Origin: Eimeria praecox
Taxonomy: Eukaryota
Assembly (NCBI GenBank): GCA_963920595.1
Contig: OY986947.1
Location: 3,720,001 to 3,784,000, forward strand
Reading direction: 5' to 3'
Length of the DNA stretch: 64,000 nt
Within the stretch, counting starts at the first letter, position 1, and each line of letters starts with the position of its first letter. The notes beneath the pieces are model-generated. The model worked only from the letters and a program-made list of their open reading frames with translations, searched no databases and was not told where the DNA came from. Position numbers and translations under genes: made by a program. This document shows, one piece after another, positions 30,905 through 60,748 of the stretch.

Positions 30905-31106
30905 TATATTTAATATAAACCTATCATTTAAATTGGAAAAGATAAACACCGGCGAACGAGGAGAGCAGCGTCTCTCTCACTCAACACAGTCGTAGTAGCA
31001 GATGCTGAGGTATATTGCATCGGGAGGAGTACCTCACACTTGATGCGAAAATTAAATTGAGGGGATATACAATCATTTCATAGATAATGGAGATAAGCAC
31101 AATTAT

Positions 31107-31174
31107 AATAGATTAGTTGGAAGAGTATGTGGCTACGGACCACAATAATGTGAGTTCAATTCCCTCTTGGCTTT
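31107..31174 (+). pseudogene. trnR: Degenerate, 5'-disrupted tRNA-Arg(ACG), organellar (apicoplast)-type
   Basis: Perfect anticodon arm TGTGG-CT-ACG-GA-CCACA, T-loop GTTCAATT with a mismatched stem, and 3' acceptor strand TTGGCTT. The 5' acceptor strand is not intact. Confidence 0.7.
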
Positions 31175-31220
31175 TCTATAATTTAATATATTACAAATAA
31201 TTCTATTATGCGAATATATG

Positions 31221-31278
<58 letters not shown>

Positions 31279-31849
31279 CCACTCACGCTATAACCAAACA
31301 CGTAGACAAACACCACAAACTGCTACTCAATTCTGAGGGTTTTAACGAGGAACAGCCTCGCACATGCCCCCTGAGGGTTGCAAGAGCACTACATTATACA
31401 CCGCATGCCGTATCAGTAAAGGATGTTTATGCCCCCCCTCCATGAAAGGATGTGAGCTGAATATGATTATGTGGTGCTTGTTAATTTATTGGGGGTGACT
31501 AGCGAGCATCACCCCAACAGCATTATAACTAGCATCGATTGTTAAGTTAAAATGGTTTGGGGGGAGCAGGGAGAGCAATGACCCCAAAATATCATGGCTA
31601 ATTCCCTTACATTGTTCGGCAGGTACGGAGGTGGGGGGTATAAAAATGTACCCTAGCTTGGAGGTGAAGGGGTTAAGTATAGAAGTGTTTCCTCCGTCAT
31701 GGTCTAGCTTGCAGGTGCTGGGGTAGAGTAGTAGAGTACAGGTGTGTGTCTTCCGTCGGAAGCATTAAAGTATGAAAAAAACATTAGCAACAATGTAAAT
31801 TGCGAGTAGGCTTCTTAAGCATGCAAGGGATCAAATAGTGTTTCAATTC

Positions 31850-33600
31850 GAATGGTAAGGGAATCTTCTTCTTTGGTATTATTTTATCAAGGAGCTTGAC
31901 GTCGATACAACTGCGCCACCCCATCAGCACGGGCTTGTCCCTCGACGGACTGTTAGCTTTTCTTTTTCTTGGATTTGCTCTGCTTGCCCCTCGATTTCCT
32001 CTTCAAGATGTGGGATTTGAAGATCCTTTAAGACAACACTTGGCGATGCTACATAAGTGAGTTCGATGCAGTTGTTCATTGTGCGTCCAGCGTGTGGCCA
32101 GTCCTCTGGAAGCATATTTTTATTTAATACACCTGAGAACTCTCCCTTTGATTGTGCCGACTTACGCTGTCTCTCGAATGTTGACTCCATCGAGGTTCAC
32201 AGATATGTGCTCATCACGGCGCAGTTAACGCATTTCTTTATCGTTTCCTTCAGCGCATCTGCCGTGCTCAGCACCCTTCGCGCTCATCTCTCCTCTAGAC
32301 GCTGCTTCAACACCTTTTACTGTAGAGGATGACATTGCTTGCAAGAGTGCTGGTAATTGTACCCTCTCTCTCGGTGATCGCCGGCGTATGGACCTCAACA
32401 GTGTCGTCTGGAGGCTGCATCTGCCCTCTGCAATATGCCACTTACGGTATGTCTAGGATGACGTATCGATGAACCGTTTCAAGGTGGAAATCCCGTCTCA
32501 TGGCAGTACAGCCAATCTGTTTGAATTGAGCAGATATTTTATGCTTATAGACTTACCAATCCTCGTCTTCTCTTTGCTATTAGCGGAAAGTACCTGCAGA
32601 CACTCCGCCAACAGATAGATAGGCAGGGTATACTTTCTTGTCGTATTTTCATTCATCAGATCCTCTTTGCAGGCTATGACAGTTACAGCTGGAAACTGTT
32701 GTCTACTAAGATGATTGCGGAGAAGTACAGGGTGCACTTGCGGCGGATACGTAGATGATACTGTCACCTCTTTCTAGACCATCACCGCGCCGCATGTTGA
32801 TTGGGCGCTGGGGCTTTTCCCTTGCCCTTTTGTTTGTTCCTCTTATGACGCTTCTGGAAGTGTTGATTCTCCATTTAAATATCTCTTTTCATGCAACAGC
32901 AATCTCGAAGTAAAAAACGTTGTTCATTGCAAAAGAAGCACGTTCGGCCGTCGGTGGGTTCCTCGATGCCCTCGATTGCCGCTTGTCCTCGTAGCAGTAT
33001 CAATAGCTTCTTTTGGTTGAGTTTTGCTATCCCTGTCATAGTCTTCTCCCTTGTCAGCCTAGGAATAACACATACACTGCAGCGCATGCCGTGTCATACT
33101 CCCGATGTGCTCCACAAATATTGGTGCAACCGCTTACGTATAAATTTCATTATCATGTCTCTCATTCTAACAGAGAGGACCAGTAATACGTGTTGCCCGT
33201 ACAGTGTGTTTTGAGTACGAGTTCACACTCAAAGATACGCGAGAGTCCTCCTCAGTCCGTGCATCCCCGCTTCCATTATCTCTAGAGGATTGCAACGGGC
33301 GCATGTATTCTATTTGACTGTTTTGTTGAAAAGACATTTCTCTTTGGATGAAGTGCAAAGAGTGCAACTACTTCATTTGGCCCAATGCAGTGAGGCAAGC
33401 CAGCCACTGAGGTTTTCTTCAGGGGCAGATCCTGACTCATCCCCGCCTGTTGCTAAAAGAGAGGACGAAAATCTTGACGAAGGCTCCACTTCAGTGTCGA
33501 GGGATTCCCCTCTAGTTTTGTTCCGGAGCGCCTTCCTTGTAAACCATTGTTGTACAGCAGCCAAATCAGATGCACGAACAGAGGTTGCTGGGCGCAGGAT
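31850..33600 (-). mobile_element. Decayed Ty3/gypsy-type LTR retrotransposon gag-pol remnant
   Basis: Motifs appear in gag-PR-RT order on the minus strand with stops and frameshifts: gag-like LEGNPSTLKWSLRQDFRPLF (about 33.5 kb); degenerate zinc knuckle CFFCNEQRFLLRDC (about 32.9 kb); protease-like ILVDNS..SCN (about 32.7 kb) and YVILDIP* (cf. DVILGMPW, about 32.45 kb); RT N-terminus EFSGVL..LPEDWP..RTMNNCIEL..ASP....LEEEIEGQAEQIQEK...RRGTSPC (cf. EFxDVF..LP..R.IDH.IEL...ELKKQL.ELL.KG.IRPS.SPW). Boundaries are approximate. Confidence 0.7.
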
Positions 33601-34947
33601 GTAGTGAACAGTTGGCCTACACTGTTACTACGATAGATCCCTAGGCTAGACAGAGTAGGTGCACACGCTACGATCTCGCTCTTAAACCTATGATTCTCGC
33701 TGAAACCACTAATAAATAAATGCCGTTAACAACCAAATATATGATCGAGTTCCTATTATTGTTCCCGAAGGAAAAGCCAGAATAATAGAACTGATGCTCG
33801 ACCCTCGCTGAGGGCCCGGACCAGAGTCACAGCAACAGCCTCACACCCGGCCCCAAGCTGGTGCCGGCTGCCGAGCACTCTGATCCTATTAAGCTGCCTT
33901 GCTATCTAAAAGTGTCCTAATCTCGGAAATCTTCTAAGTGTTCATTCCTTTTCATGATATCAGGCCTCTAGAGGCCACACCAGAGATCCATTGTAGTGCC
34001 TGTGCACTACACAGGCTGCCCGATAAGCCGTGCGACGAATTCGGTCGTAGCAGAGCACCATAGCGAGCTTAAATAGAATCATTAGACTTAAGATACTGGC
34101 TCCTACAGAGCGCTCAACCCCCTTCCCGTCCCTAGGCCTCCTAAGCACGGCACCTCAAGGGCGTGAGGCTGACGTGGATAGGAGGCAGCCTGGCGTCGCA
34201 GTCCACTGTAGCACGGTCTGCGTGATGATGGTACTCATATCTCTACTTTACTTTCTCGTAGGCTCACCGTAAAGAAAGTCCTCAATCTTTTGTTCTGCGA
34301 GGACGGTGGCGAACACATACCAGCCTCCATTTGAGCGCCCAGGTGCCCTGGTAGCAGTGGTCCAAGGGCCGGGGGCAGGTGGGGTCGGGTACTTGTCTAT
34401 CATGGGTTAGCATGCACCCCTCTGCAACTAGTTCTACGAGGCAGCTTCACATGCAGGCACGCTCAATTTCTTCAGTGCTTCCCCCATTCTTGTAGATTGT
34501 AGCGTTTTATACTGTCGTTAAAGACTTACTTGGCCCTCCATAGCGAGCCTGGGAGGAAGTATATATGCGAGTACTAAAGATACGCAGAGAATGATAAGAT
34601 AGGATCAAGTGTTTAAATGTTATCTAAAACAGAGTCTCGACAAGGTTAGCGCATGTAGAGAAGGAGAGGCTGCTTGCGTATGTATGGGGAGCAGCCGTGT
34701 AGCAGTCCTTGGGCGTCGCCTCACCACCCTCAGGTCCTTGGGCCGCTGCACCCAGAACAGCTGGATGCTGGAGAAAAAGCCAGCTTGTTTTTACGAGTTC
34801 TTACGCCGCGTCTTTGATCCTACTGCAGCTAGCGGTGCTCCTCATCTAAGATAGAGGAAACTCGTTTAATGTATCTTCCTACAAGACAATCCCACATCTA
34901 TGCACAACTAGGAGTCCTCTGATGTTGGCCCTAACACTGTTGACAAT

Positions 34948-35011
<64 letters not shown>

Positions 35012-36727
35012 TGTGCCCTTACTATACAACCTAGTCGCAAGTAGAAACACCTCTTACAATATCAGACAGACCATGATCGTATACGTATTGTATTGATTCC
35101 ATAACGTAACGTATCGTCATCCCTTAGAATATACTAAGTGTTGAATTGTATTGAATAATTAGAACAGAATTAATTTATTTGATATTAAAATTAATTTATA
35201 AATGAAGAAGAGGAGTTTTTAGTTTTCTTTGAACAGATGATGGCGCGGGAATTAAAATAATAATAATAAGATATAACATAAGATGAATAAGCACTAAGAA
35301 CATGAATATGAATGAAAGTATGAAATAAATTAAATAAAGAAATTATATTTGTATTGTTTAAGTATATATTATTATAAATATGTTTTGTATGGACACAAAC
35401 TCATGACGGAAAGAAAGATTCGAATACAACTGCCATCCTCCCTGCGTGGGGCTCGAGGCCTCTGACATCAAAAAGGCATTTGAATGTAGGCGATCATGGT
35501 TTAAATAGTTTTTATTTTGTTTGATAAAAGAAAATATATAATTTAAATAGTAGTAGGATTATAAAGAAATTGATATAGACGAAGAAGAAGAGCACGAAAT
35601 TTGAAAGAAAGACTGGAGATGTGTTCTCGGGGAGTCTTCCTCTCTCATTGGTTGTTTTCTTCAATAACTAAATCTATTTATTATTCTTTTTAGAAATATA
35701 CTTTGTTTTTATTTTCATATTACAATTTTTCTTCTTTGTTGAATTGGCAGATCATCATATCTGATCCTGCTGTATACGGGGCACAAAAATAAAACAGAAA
35801 GCTGTTCTATTTGTGTATTTCTTTGTTTGTTTCTCTCTTTATTTTGATTTTATTGTGTATTTTTTGTATTATTTATTCTTTTATAGCCGATGTGCTTGGC
35901 TATCAATGCCGCAGATCTCTCGTTTTTCTTCTATTCGTTGGTTGTTGTTGTTGTTGAGTTGGAGTCAGTTCCGGTCGGAATCCTCGAAAAACTTGAATTC
36001 ATTTGTTTGTATTTTAATTTATTGTTATTTTATAATATATATTCTTATTTAATTCCCCATCATATTGAATCTTCTCTACCCTGTCTTTCTTATTCTTCTT
36101 AAATATTTATATTCTTATAATTTATCTTCATCGCAAAAACATACGGCTTGATCTTGCTCTTCTTGCTTTCTTTCGAGGCATTATACAAACAGAAGAGGAG
36201 GTTTTTAACGAAACAGGTCATGGAGGGGCTTAGTACTATCATTCCAGCATATATATATCATACAGAAGAATAAATAATAATTAAATTATTGCGTTTAAGT
36301 GTTGATAGAAGTCAAGTTGCACAGATCAAGCCGCCGAACCAGCAACAATACAAACAATAGCTGCAGCAGCAGCAGCAGCAGCATCAGCAGCAGCAGCAGC
36401 AGCATCAGCATCAGCAGCAGGAGCAGCATCATCGTCATCATCAGCAGCAGCAGCATCAGCAGCAGCAGCATCAGCAGCAGCAGCAGCAACAGCAACAGCA
36501 GCAGCAGCAGCATCAGCAGCACCAGCATCAGCAGCAGCAACAGCATCAGCATCAGCAGCATCATCATCATCATCAGCAGCAGCAGCAACAGCAGCAAGAA
36601 GAAGCTGATCCGAAGGAGTGTGTCCATCTAAATTACTATTTGTTGTTGTTTTTTACCTCACAAACATTTTGAATACGTCTGCGTATTTGTCTTATATTTG
36701 TGATCGACATAATATATAATATTAAAG

Positions 36728-43632
<6,905 letters not shown>

Positions 43633-43926
43633 TAGAGAAGTATATAATTAATAATTTTTTCTATATATTCTATCTTATCTATTATTGTATTATGAATATA
43701 TTATTAATATATTTATTATCTGTCTTTTATTTATTTTATTAAATTTAAATTTAATTTATATTTTATTAATTTTACTTTTTATTGTTTTTCTTATTCTTAG
43801 TATTCATCGAAAGGACGGAGAAGAAAGACGAAGTAGTGTCTGTCTCTCTCTCTCTGTCTCTCTCTCTCTCTGTCTCTCTCTCTGTCTCTGTCTCTGTCTG
43901 TCTCTGTCTCTGTCTCTCTCTCTGTC

Positions 43927-43957
<31 letters not shown>

Positions 43958-44042
43958 GTGTCTCTCTCTGTCTCTGTCTCTCTCTGTCTCTCTGTCTCTC
44001 TCTGTCTCTCTGTCTCTGTCTCTGTCTCTTTCTGTCTCTGTC

Positions 44043-44075
<33 letters not shown>

Positions 44076-44333
44076 GTCTCTATCTCTTCTGTCTCCTTCT
44101 TCTCCTTTCTTCTGTCTCTTCTCTCTTTGTGTTTGGTGTGACGATGAACATGCTCCAAGACAAATTATTTATTTATGTTTTATCTTGATTGTTTGTTTGT
44201 TGTTTTTGTTTTTGTATACTCCTACCCCCCCCTTAAACCCTAAACCCTAAACCCTAAACCCTAAACCCCCTTCTCCCCCTCATCCCCCCCCCCCACCCCC
44301 CCCTTTGTTGTTTTTCTTATCAATTCTTTCTAT

Positions 44334-44366
<33 letters not shown>

Positions 44367-44528
44367 TCTTATTCTCAAATATATTTTTTATATTCGCTTG
44401 CCTATGAAATATTTAACATTTAATAATTAATAATTAATATTAATATATTAATTAATTATAAACAGATAAACTTGAGACACATACAGAGACAGGGCCTCTT
44501 CTAATATACACACAAACAATGTCGAAAA

Positions 44529-44565
<37 letters not shown>

Positions 44566-44667
44566 TATATGTATATATTATATAAATATATAAATAAATA
44601 AATATATTTATAAATAAATATATTTATATATAAAGATATATAAATATATGAATATAAATATAAATAT

Positions 44668-44743
<76 letters not shown>

Positions 44744-45431
44744 GACACCTACTCATTTTTGATGAAGACAAACAAACAATAACAAAGCAGGTTTGTTCTG
44801 AGGTGTACGTACACCTCAGTGCTGCCTGTCTCTATCTCAATATACTATACAGCTTCTTCTTCCTCAATCATTTCTGTTTTTCTTTGTTTTCTAAATCTTA
44901 AACACATTCTCTTAACCTCAGAGGAGAGAATGTACTCTACTAGCGAGCTAGCTAGCTAGCTACCTACCTAGCTAGCTAGCTAGCTAACTAACTAGCTAGC
45001 TAGCTAACTAGTTAGCTAGCTAGCTAGCCAGTAGAGTAGCTGCAGGCAGGTGTTGTGCTGAGGTAGCTAGCCAGAGCTTGAAGCTAGCTAGCTAGACACG
45101 CACCCGTATATAGCTAGCTAGCTAGCTAGCTAGCTAGCTGTGTATTTAGTACCGAGGGTATAAATTAGTTTATCTATAAATTCGTTTATCTATAAATTAG
45201 TTTATATATCTAATATATATAATATGTATTATGTATATTGTATATATTATATATATAATATAAGCTAGCTAGCTAGCTAGCTAGCTTGTTAGGTAGGTAG
45301 CTAGCTAGCTTGTTAGGTTGCTAGTAGACGGGGTTATTCAAACACTATCTTGAGGAGGCTGCTCTCTTCCTCACTAAGGCCACAGCCTCCTGACTGGCTA
45401 GCTAGCTAGCTAACAAACAAACAAACAAACA

Positions 45432-45471
<40 letters not shown>

Positions 45472-45824
45472 AGATAGCCAGCTAGCTAGCTAGCTAGATA
45501 ACAGGCTAGTCATCTACATAATATGATAGCTACCTACCTAGTAAGCTAGCTAGCTAGCTAGCTAGCTAGCTAGCTAGCTAGCTAGCTAGCTAACAAGCTC
45601 GGCAGCTAGCTAACAAGCTACCCAGGCACCTACTAAGCTAGCTAGATACCCAACAAAGCTAGCTAGCCAGCTAGCTGACTAGCTAGCTAGCTAGCTAGCT
45701 AGCTAACCAGCTAGCTGTATATATATACAGAGAGAGTTCTGTACTTAGTGCTGAGGGTATAAATTAGTTTATCTATTAATTCGTTTACATAGAAATTAGT
45801 TTATATATATAATATATATAATAC

Positions 45825-45873
<49 letters not shown>

Positions 45874-45875
45874 TG

Positions 45876-45917
<42 letters not shown>

Positions 45918-46215
45918 ATAATATTATATTAAATACATATTTAACAAATGGTGTTTGTTTTACACCTTATCAGGTGTATATACATTTTCTTATGCGCAGA
46001 ATATATAAATATAAATAAATAGAAATAAATATAAATAAGTATAAATATATATAAATATATATATAAATATATATATAAATATATGTATAATTATATTCAT
46101 AAATATATATATAAATATATATATATATATAAATATATTTATTTTTATTTTTATATATATTATCTGCATAAGAATCGATGAGATGTACGTTCTCTACCAT
46201 CGTTTAACGAAAACA

Positions 46216-55204
<8,989 letters not shown>

Positions 55205-55218
55205 TCTCTTGCTGCTGC

Positions 55219-55310
<92 letters not shown>

Positions 55311-55450
55311 AGGGAGAGAAGGATGCTGATGGCGGTGGTGGTGGTGGCGCTGCTGCTGCTGTTGATGCTGCTGCTGCTGTTGCTATTGCTGTTGGTGCTG
55401 CTGGTGCTGCTGCTGCTGTTGCATGTATAGACTGCTGCTGCTGCAGTTGC

Positions 55451-55519
<69 letters not shown>

Positions 55520-56224
55520 AGTTATTGTATAAATATAAATATAGTGAGACAGTGTGTGCATGCGTAGACAGCAAACACTGGGGGTTAGAGGGTTCAATAA
55601 AACCGTTTTGAACGCAATTTAGTTTTAAATATATTTATTTTATATATTTTAAGATTAATTAACGAAAGAAATATAAAAAAAGAAACACAGAAATACACAA
55701 ACAGCAACATACGCACTCAGTCTAACACAACCACCAGCATCATACGCACAGCCCCGATATACACCTGAAGGGGAATAAATAGAATAAATGTATATATAAA
55801 ACATAAAATAAATTAAATTTAATATATTTTATTAATTGTTTTATATATTTTAACGATGTTTGATATATAATAAAGATATATTATACACACAATCTATAAA
55901 TATAAATATTGAAGAAGATACCGAAGATTGTTTCGTTGTTTGCTGCTGCTGCCAGAATAAATATATTTAATTATTTCTTTGTTTATTAAATTAATTAATT
56001 TAATATTTTTAAACTAAGTATAAATAATCAATACTGCTGCTGCAGCAGCAACAGCAATTGTTGTTGTTGTTGCTGCTGCTGCTGCTGCTGCTGTTGTTGT
56101 AATTGCCGCTGTAGCCGCCGCTGCTGCTGCAGTTGCTGCTGCTGCTGCTGCTGCTCGAACAGCAGCATTATTTGTTGTATCTTATTTGCATGCATTGAGG
56201 TGTCTATACACCTATACAAACGAA

Positions 56225-56247
56225 ATGGCGAGAGAGAAGACAGCAGC

Positions 56248-56281
<34 letters not shown>

Positions 56282-56590
56282 GCGAGTTGCTGCTGCTTTT
56301 CTCTCTCCCGCCGCTGCTTGAGGCTCGGGGGCCTTCGATTCTTTCTGCATGTATCCCCTGATGCTCCTATGCCCCCTGAGGGCAGCACCCGCTGCTGCTG
56401 CTGCAGCAGCAGCAGCTGCTGCAGCAGCAGCAGCAGCCCTACCAGCGACCAACCGCAACAACAACAGCAGCAGCAGCAGCAGCAGCAGGAGCAGCAGCAG
56501 CAGCAGCAGCAAAACCATATTGTTGTCTGCGGTGAAGATACAAAAGAAGAAACAAATCCAGGAAAGAGACGATGCACACAAACAAACCTG

Positions 56591-56628
<38 letters not shown>

Positions 56629-56635
56629 GCAACAG

Positions 56636-56676
<41 letters not shown>

Positions 56677-56759
56677 GCAGCAGCAAGATTGCGACAACTC
56701 GTACGATGAGTTAAAGGGTAGAAGAGTTCGTCCTCACAGCCCTCTAGCTCACCATCACA

Positions 56760-56849
<90 letters not shown>

Positions 56850-56942
56850 AGCAGTATCAACGTGTCTGTAAACGTTGCGGTTGCAAGGGTATTATCCCTG
56901 CTGCTGCTACAGCAGCAGCAGCATCAGCAGCATCAGCAGCAA

Positions 56943-56998
<56 letters not shown>

Positions 56999-57926
56999 GG
57001 AGGAGGGGTATTAGGTGTCTCTTCATCTCCCTTTACTCCTGTTTATTATATCCCCTGTCCCCGCATCATTGCTTCTGTTAACGCAGGAGACACAAATCTT
57101 TATATCGGCGGAGGCTCGATCAATCTCGCTTTCTTAAAATCATTATCGTATAAACAAACACAAACACAAACACAAACACACACTAATCATACAACACAAT
57201 ACAAACTAACAAACACATCAGGGGCCCCCAAGGGGGCCCCCAAGGGGGCCCCCAGAGGGGCCCCCTCCGGGGGCCCCACAGCTGACAGCAGCAGCACCAC
57301 CAGAGAGTCCAGCAGCAGCAGTACTGGGGGGTCTTCCGGGGGCCCCCCTCCTGGGGGCCCCCCCTCTGGGGGCCCCACCCCTGGGGGGCCCCCCTCTGGG
57401 GGCCCCCCCTCTGGGGGCCCCCAGGCTGGGGGCCCCCCCTCTGGGGGCCCCCAATGGAATGCTGCTGTCGATTTGAAAAGAGATTGGGGTAGTTTGATGA
57501 GTGATATTCATCTTTCTGTTTTATCTGCAGCAAGACAATCTCCTCATAAAACAGCAGTTCTTAGATGTAGGGGGCCCCCCTCTGGGGGCCCCCCCTCTGG
57601 GGGGCCCCTCTCTAGGGGCCCCCTTCAGGGAGGGGGGGGCCCCTCTAGGAGGGGCCCCCCTTCAAGGGCCCCATCGTTATGGGCTACGCCCTTTGAATAT
57701 GTGTATTGTATGGTTTTGTGTGAAGAAGAAGAGAAGAGATTGAGTGTACGAGATAGAGAAGGTTTTGTTTGTTTAGATTATATAAGAGAGCCAATGAGGC
57801 CTGTACACCCCAATAATGTGTTTATGCTGTATGTTGTGGGGCCTAGAGGGTATATACATACACCACAAGATTTCTATTCTATAGGTAAGAAGATTATCTA
57901 TCTATCTATATATCTATCTATCTATA

Positions 57927-57969
<43 letters not shown>

Positions 57970-58721
57970 ATATATATATATATAGGAGGATGATGATGCT
58001 GTTGCTGTTGGTGCTGCTTTTGTTGCTGCTGTTGGTGCTGCTGTTGTTGTTGCTGCTGTTGGTGCTGCTTTTGTTGCTGCTGCTGCTGCTGGTGTTGCTG
58101 CTGCAGTTCGTGGTGCTGGTGCTGCTGTTGGTGCTGCAGCAACAGCCATTTTACAGGACAGAACGAGCACACATAGCACTAGCAGCAGCAGCAGCAGCAA
58201 CAGCAACATCAACAACAGCAGCAACAGCAGCAACACCAGCATCAACAGCAACAACAGCAGCAACAACAGCAGCAACAGCAGCAGCAACAGCAGTGTTTGT
58301 GTGTTTGTGTCTTGTGTTTATTTTCGCAGTATTTCTCACATCTCGAAATATTCTCCGTCTAGCATTACTTTACAACCAAAAAATAAAACAGGGGGGCCCC
58401 CCTGGGGGCCCCCCTGGGGGCCCCCTTGGGGGCCCCCCACTTCAGCAAATACGTATGCCTCTGGTGTCTGGGGGGGCATTTAAAGGAGACAAAGATAGTT
58501 ATCTAATTGCTGCTGCAGTTATAAAAGGGTTTATTGCTGCTGCAGCAGAGTGGCGGAGCAGCAAGCGAAGGGGGGCCCCCAGGGTATTATTATCTAAAGA
58601 AGAAGGGGGCCCCGGGGATTCTACAGATATAAATAAAACAGATAGAAGCAGCAGCAACATGAGCTATTCCGCTGCTGATGCTGCTCCTACTGCTGCTGCT
58701 CCTGCTCCTGCTGCTGCTGCT

Positions 58722-58752
<31 letters not shown>

Positions 58753-58877
58753 GGAGAGAGGAGAAGCAGTGCAACGAAGGGGGGGGGGCCCTGTCTTATG
58801 ATAGGGAGGGGCCCCCCCGACAGCAGAAGGGGGAGGGGGCCCCCACATACTCAGCTGAAGGCTGCTGCGGCTCAGAG

Positions 58878-58915
<38 letters not shown>

Positions 58916-58920
58916 CAACG

Positions 58921-58960
<40 letters not shown>

Positions 58961-59300
58961 CAACGACAGCAGCAGCAGCAACCACAGCAGCAACGATAAC
59001 GGGTGCAGCAGCAGCAGCAGCAGCACAAGCAGCAGCACAAGCAGTAGCAATGGCTGCAACAGCAGCAACAACAACAGCAGCAGCAGCAACAGCAGGGGAA
59101 GTTCCCTTGTTGAAACCTGCTGCTGCTGCTGCTGCTGCAGCAGCAGCAGCAGCAGCAGCACATCAGAGTCTGACAGTGTCTTTCCTGTGATTGAGCTAGC
59201 GAAGGTAAATGACGATGTCTTCTACAAGGCCCTTATCGATATATATAAACAAAATGTTGGGGGGCCCCAAGGGGCCCCCAAGGGCCCCCGCTGCTGGTAG
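56225..59300 (+). CDS. Macrodomain (ADP-ribose-binding / Appr-1''-p processing fold) protein with large low-complexity insertions (2 exons)
   Basis: Exons 56225-57884 and 58330-59300 (phase 1). Macro motifs in order: IIASVNAGDTNLYIGGGSINLAF (cf. IVNAANxxLxxGGGV), MLYVVGP (cf. VIHAVGP), IRMPLVSGGAFKG (cf. IAFPAISTGIFG). Confidence 0.75.
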
Positions 59301-60498
59301 AAACAGTACCCTGGGGGCCCCCCAACTGGGGGCCCCCATCTGGGGGCCCCCAGGGGCCCCAGAAGGCACTTGGGGGGGCCCCCAGGGCCCCCGGGGCCCC
59401 CCAACTGGGGGCCCCCAGTTGGGGGCCCCCAGGGGTATCATCTGGGGGGCCCCCAAGGGCCCCCTGTAGATATACTCGGAGACAGGGGGATGGGGGGCCC
59501 CCCTGCGAGGGGCCCCTCAAGGGGTTTTAAGGATTGTATCTTGTTTTAGGGGTAGATGCTTTGTTTCTTAGCTTTCATTTGTTAATTATTTTCTGTTTTG
59601 TTTAATAACAATAACATTATTAATAATATTAATAATAGTAATAATAATATTAGTAATATTAATTATATTAATTATATTAATTATATTAATTACATTAATT
59701 ATATTAATTATATTAATTGTATTAATTATATTAATTATATTGATAATAGTAGTAATATTAATAATATTAACAATATTAGTAATATTAGTAATATTGATAA
59801 TATTAATAATATTAATAATATTAATAATATTAATAATATTAATAATATTAACGATACTAATAATACTAATAGTATTAATAATATTAATAATATTAATAAT
59901 ATTAATAATATTATTTATAATATTATTAATATTAATATTAATATTAATAATATTACTATAAATTATATTAGTAATAATAATAATAGTAGCAAGAAATAAA
60001 TAAAATATAAACACAACTCTAAAAATATTAAGATGGAGACAGAGGAGACAGGGAGAGGAGTGTGTCTCTGTATGTATGTTTCTGTATATTTGTTTGTTTG
60101 TTTGTTTATATTTAAATATTATTTATTATTATTTAAATTAAAATAGATAAAAGAAGAGAGAGAGGGAGAGAGAGATACAGAGAGAGACAGCAGAATAGAC
60201 AGAGATAGACAGAGAGAGACAGAGAGAGACAGAGAGAGACAGAGAGAGACAGAGACAGACAGCAGAATAGACAGAGAGAGAGACAGAGAGAGACAGAGAG
60301 AGAGAGACAGAGAGAGACAGAGAGAGAGAGACAGAGGGAGACAGAGGGAGACAGAGAGAGACAGCAGAATAGACAGAGAGAGACAGAAAGAGACAGAAGA
60401 AGGTATAGGAGACAGTAGGAGACAACAAAGAAGAAAGAGACAGAGAAAGATAAAGAGATACAAGCAAGAAAAATATAAACAAACAGAGGCAGAAACAG

Positions 60499-60653
<155 letters not shown>

Positions 60654-60748
60654 ATAGAAACAGATAAATAAATAGAGACAGAAAGAGAGAGAAAGGAGAC
60701 CGAGAGACAAAGGCCTACTAGCTAGCATTGGCTTTCTTTAGATTTGAA

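Noticed and set aside
30833..31174. Functional nuclear tRNA genes
   Set aside because: Stem mismatches, loss of U33 in trnV and a broken acceptor stem in trnR.
33877..33890. Primer-binding site of the retroelement (minus strand TAGGATCAGAGT vs TGGTATCAGAGC)
   Set aside because: Three mismatches in 12 nt, and no paired LTRs identified.
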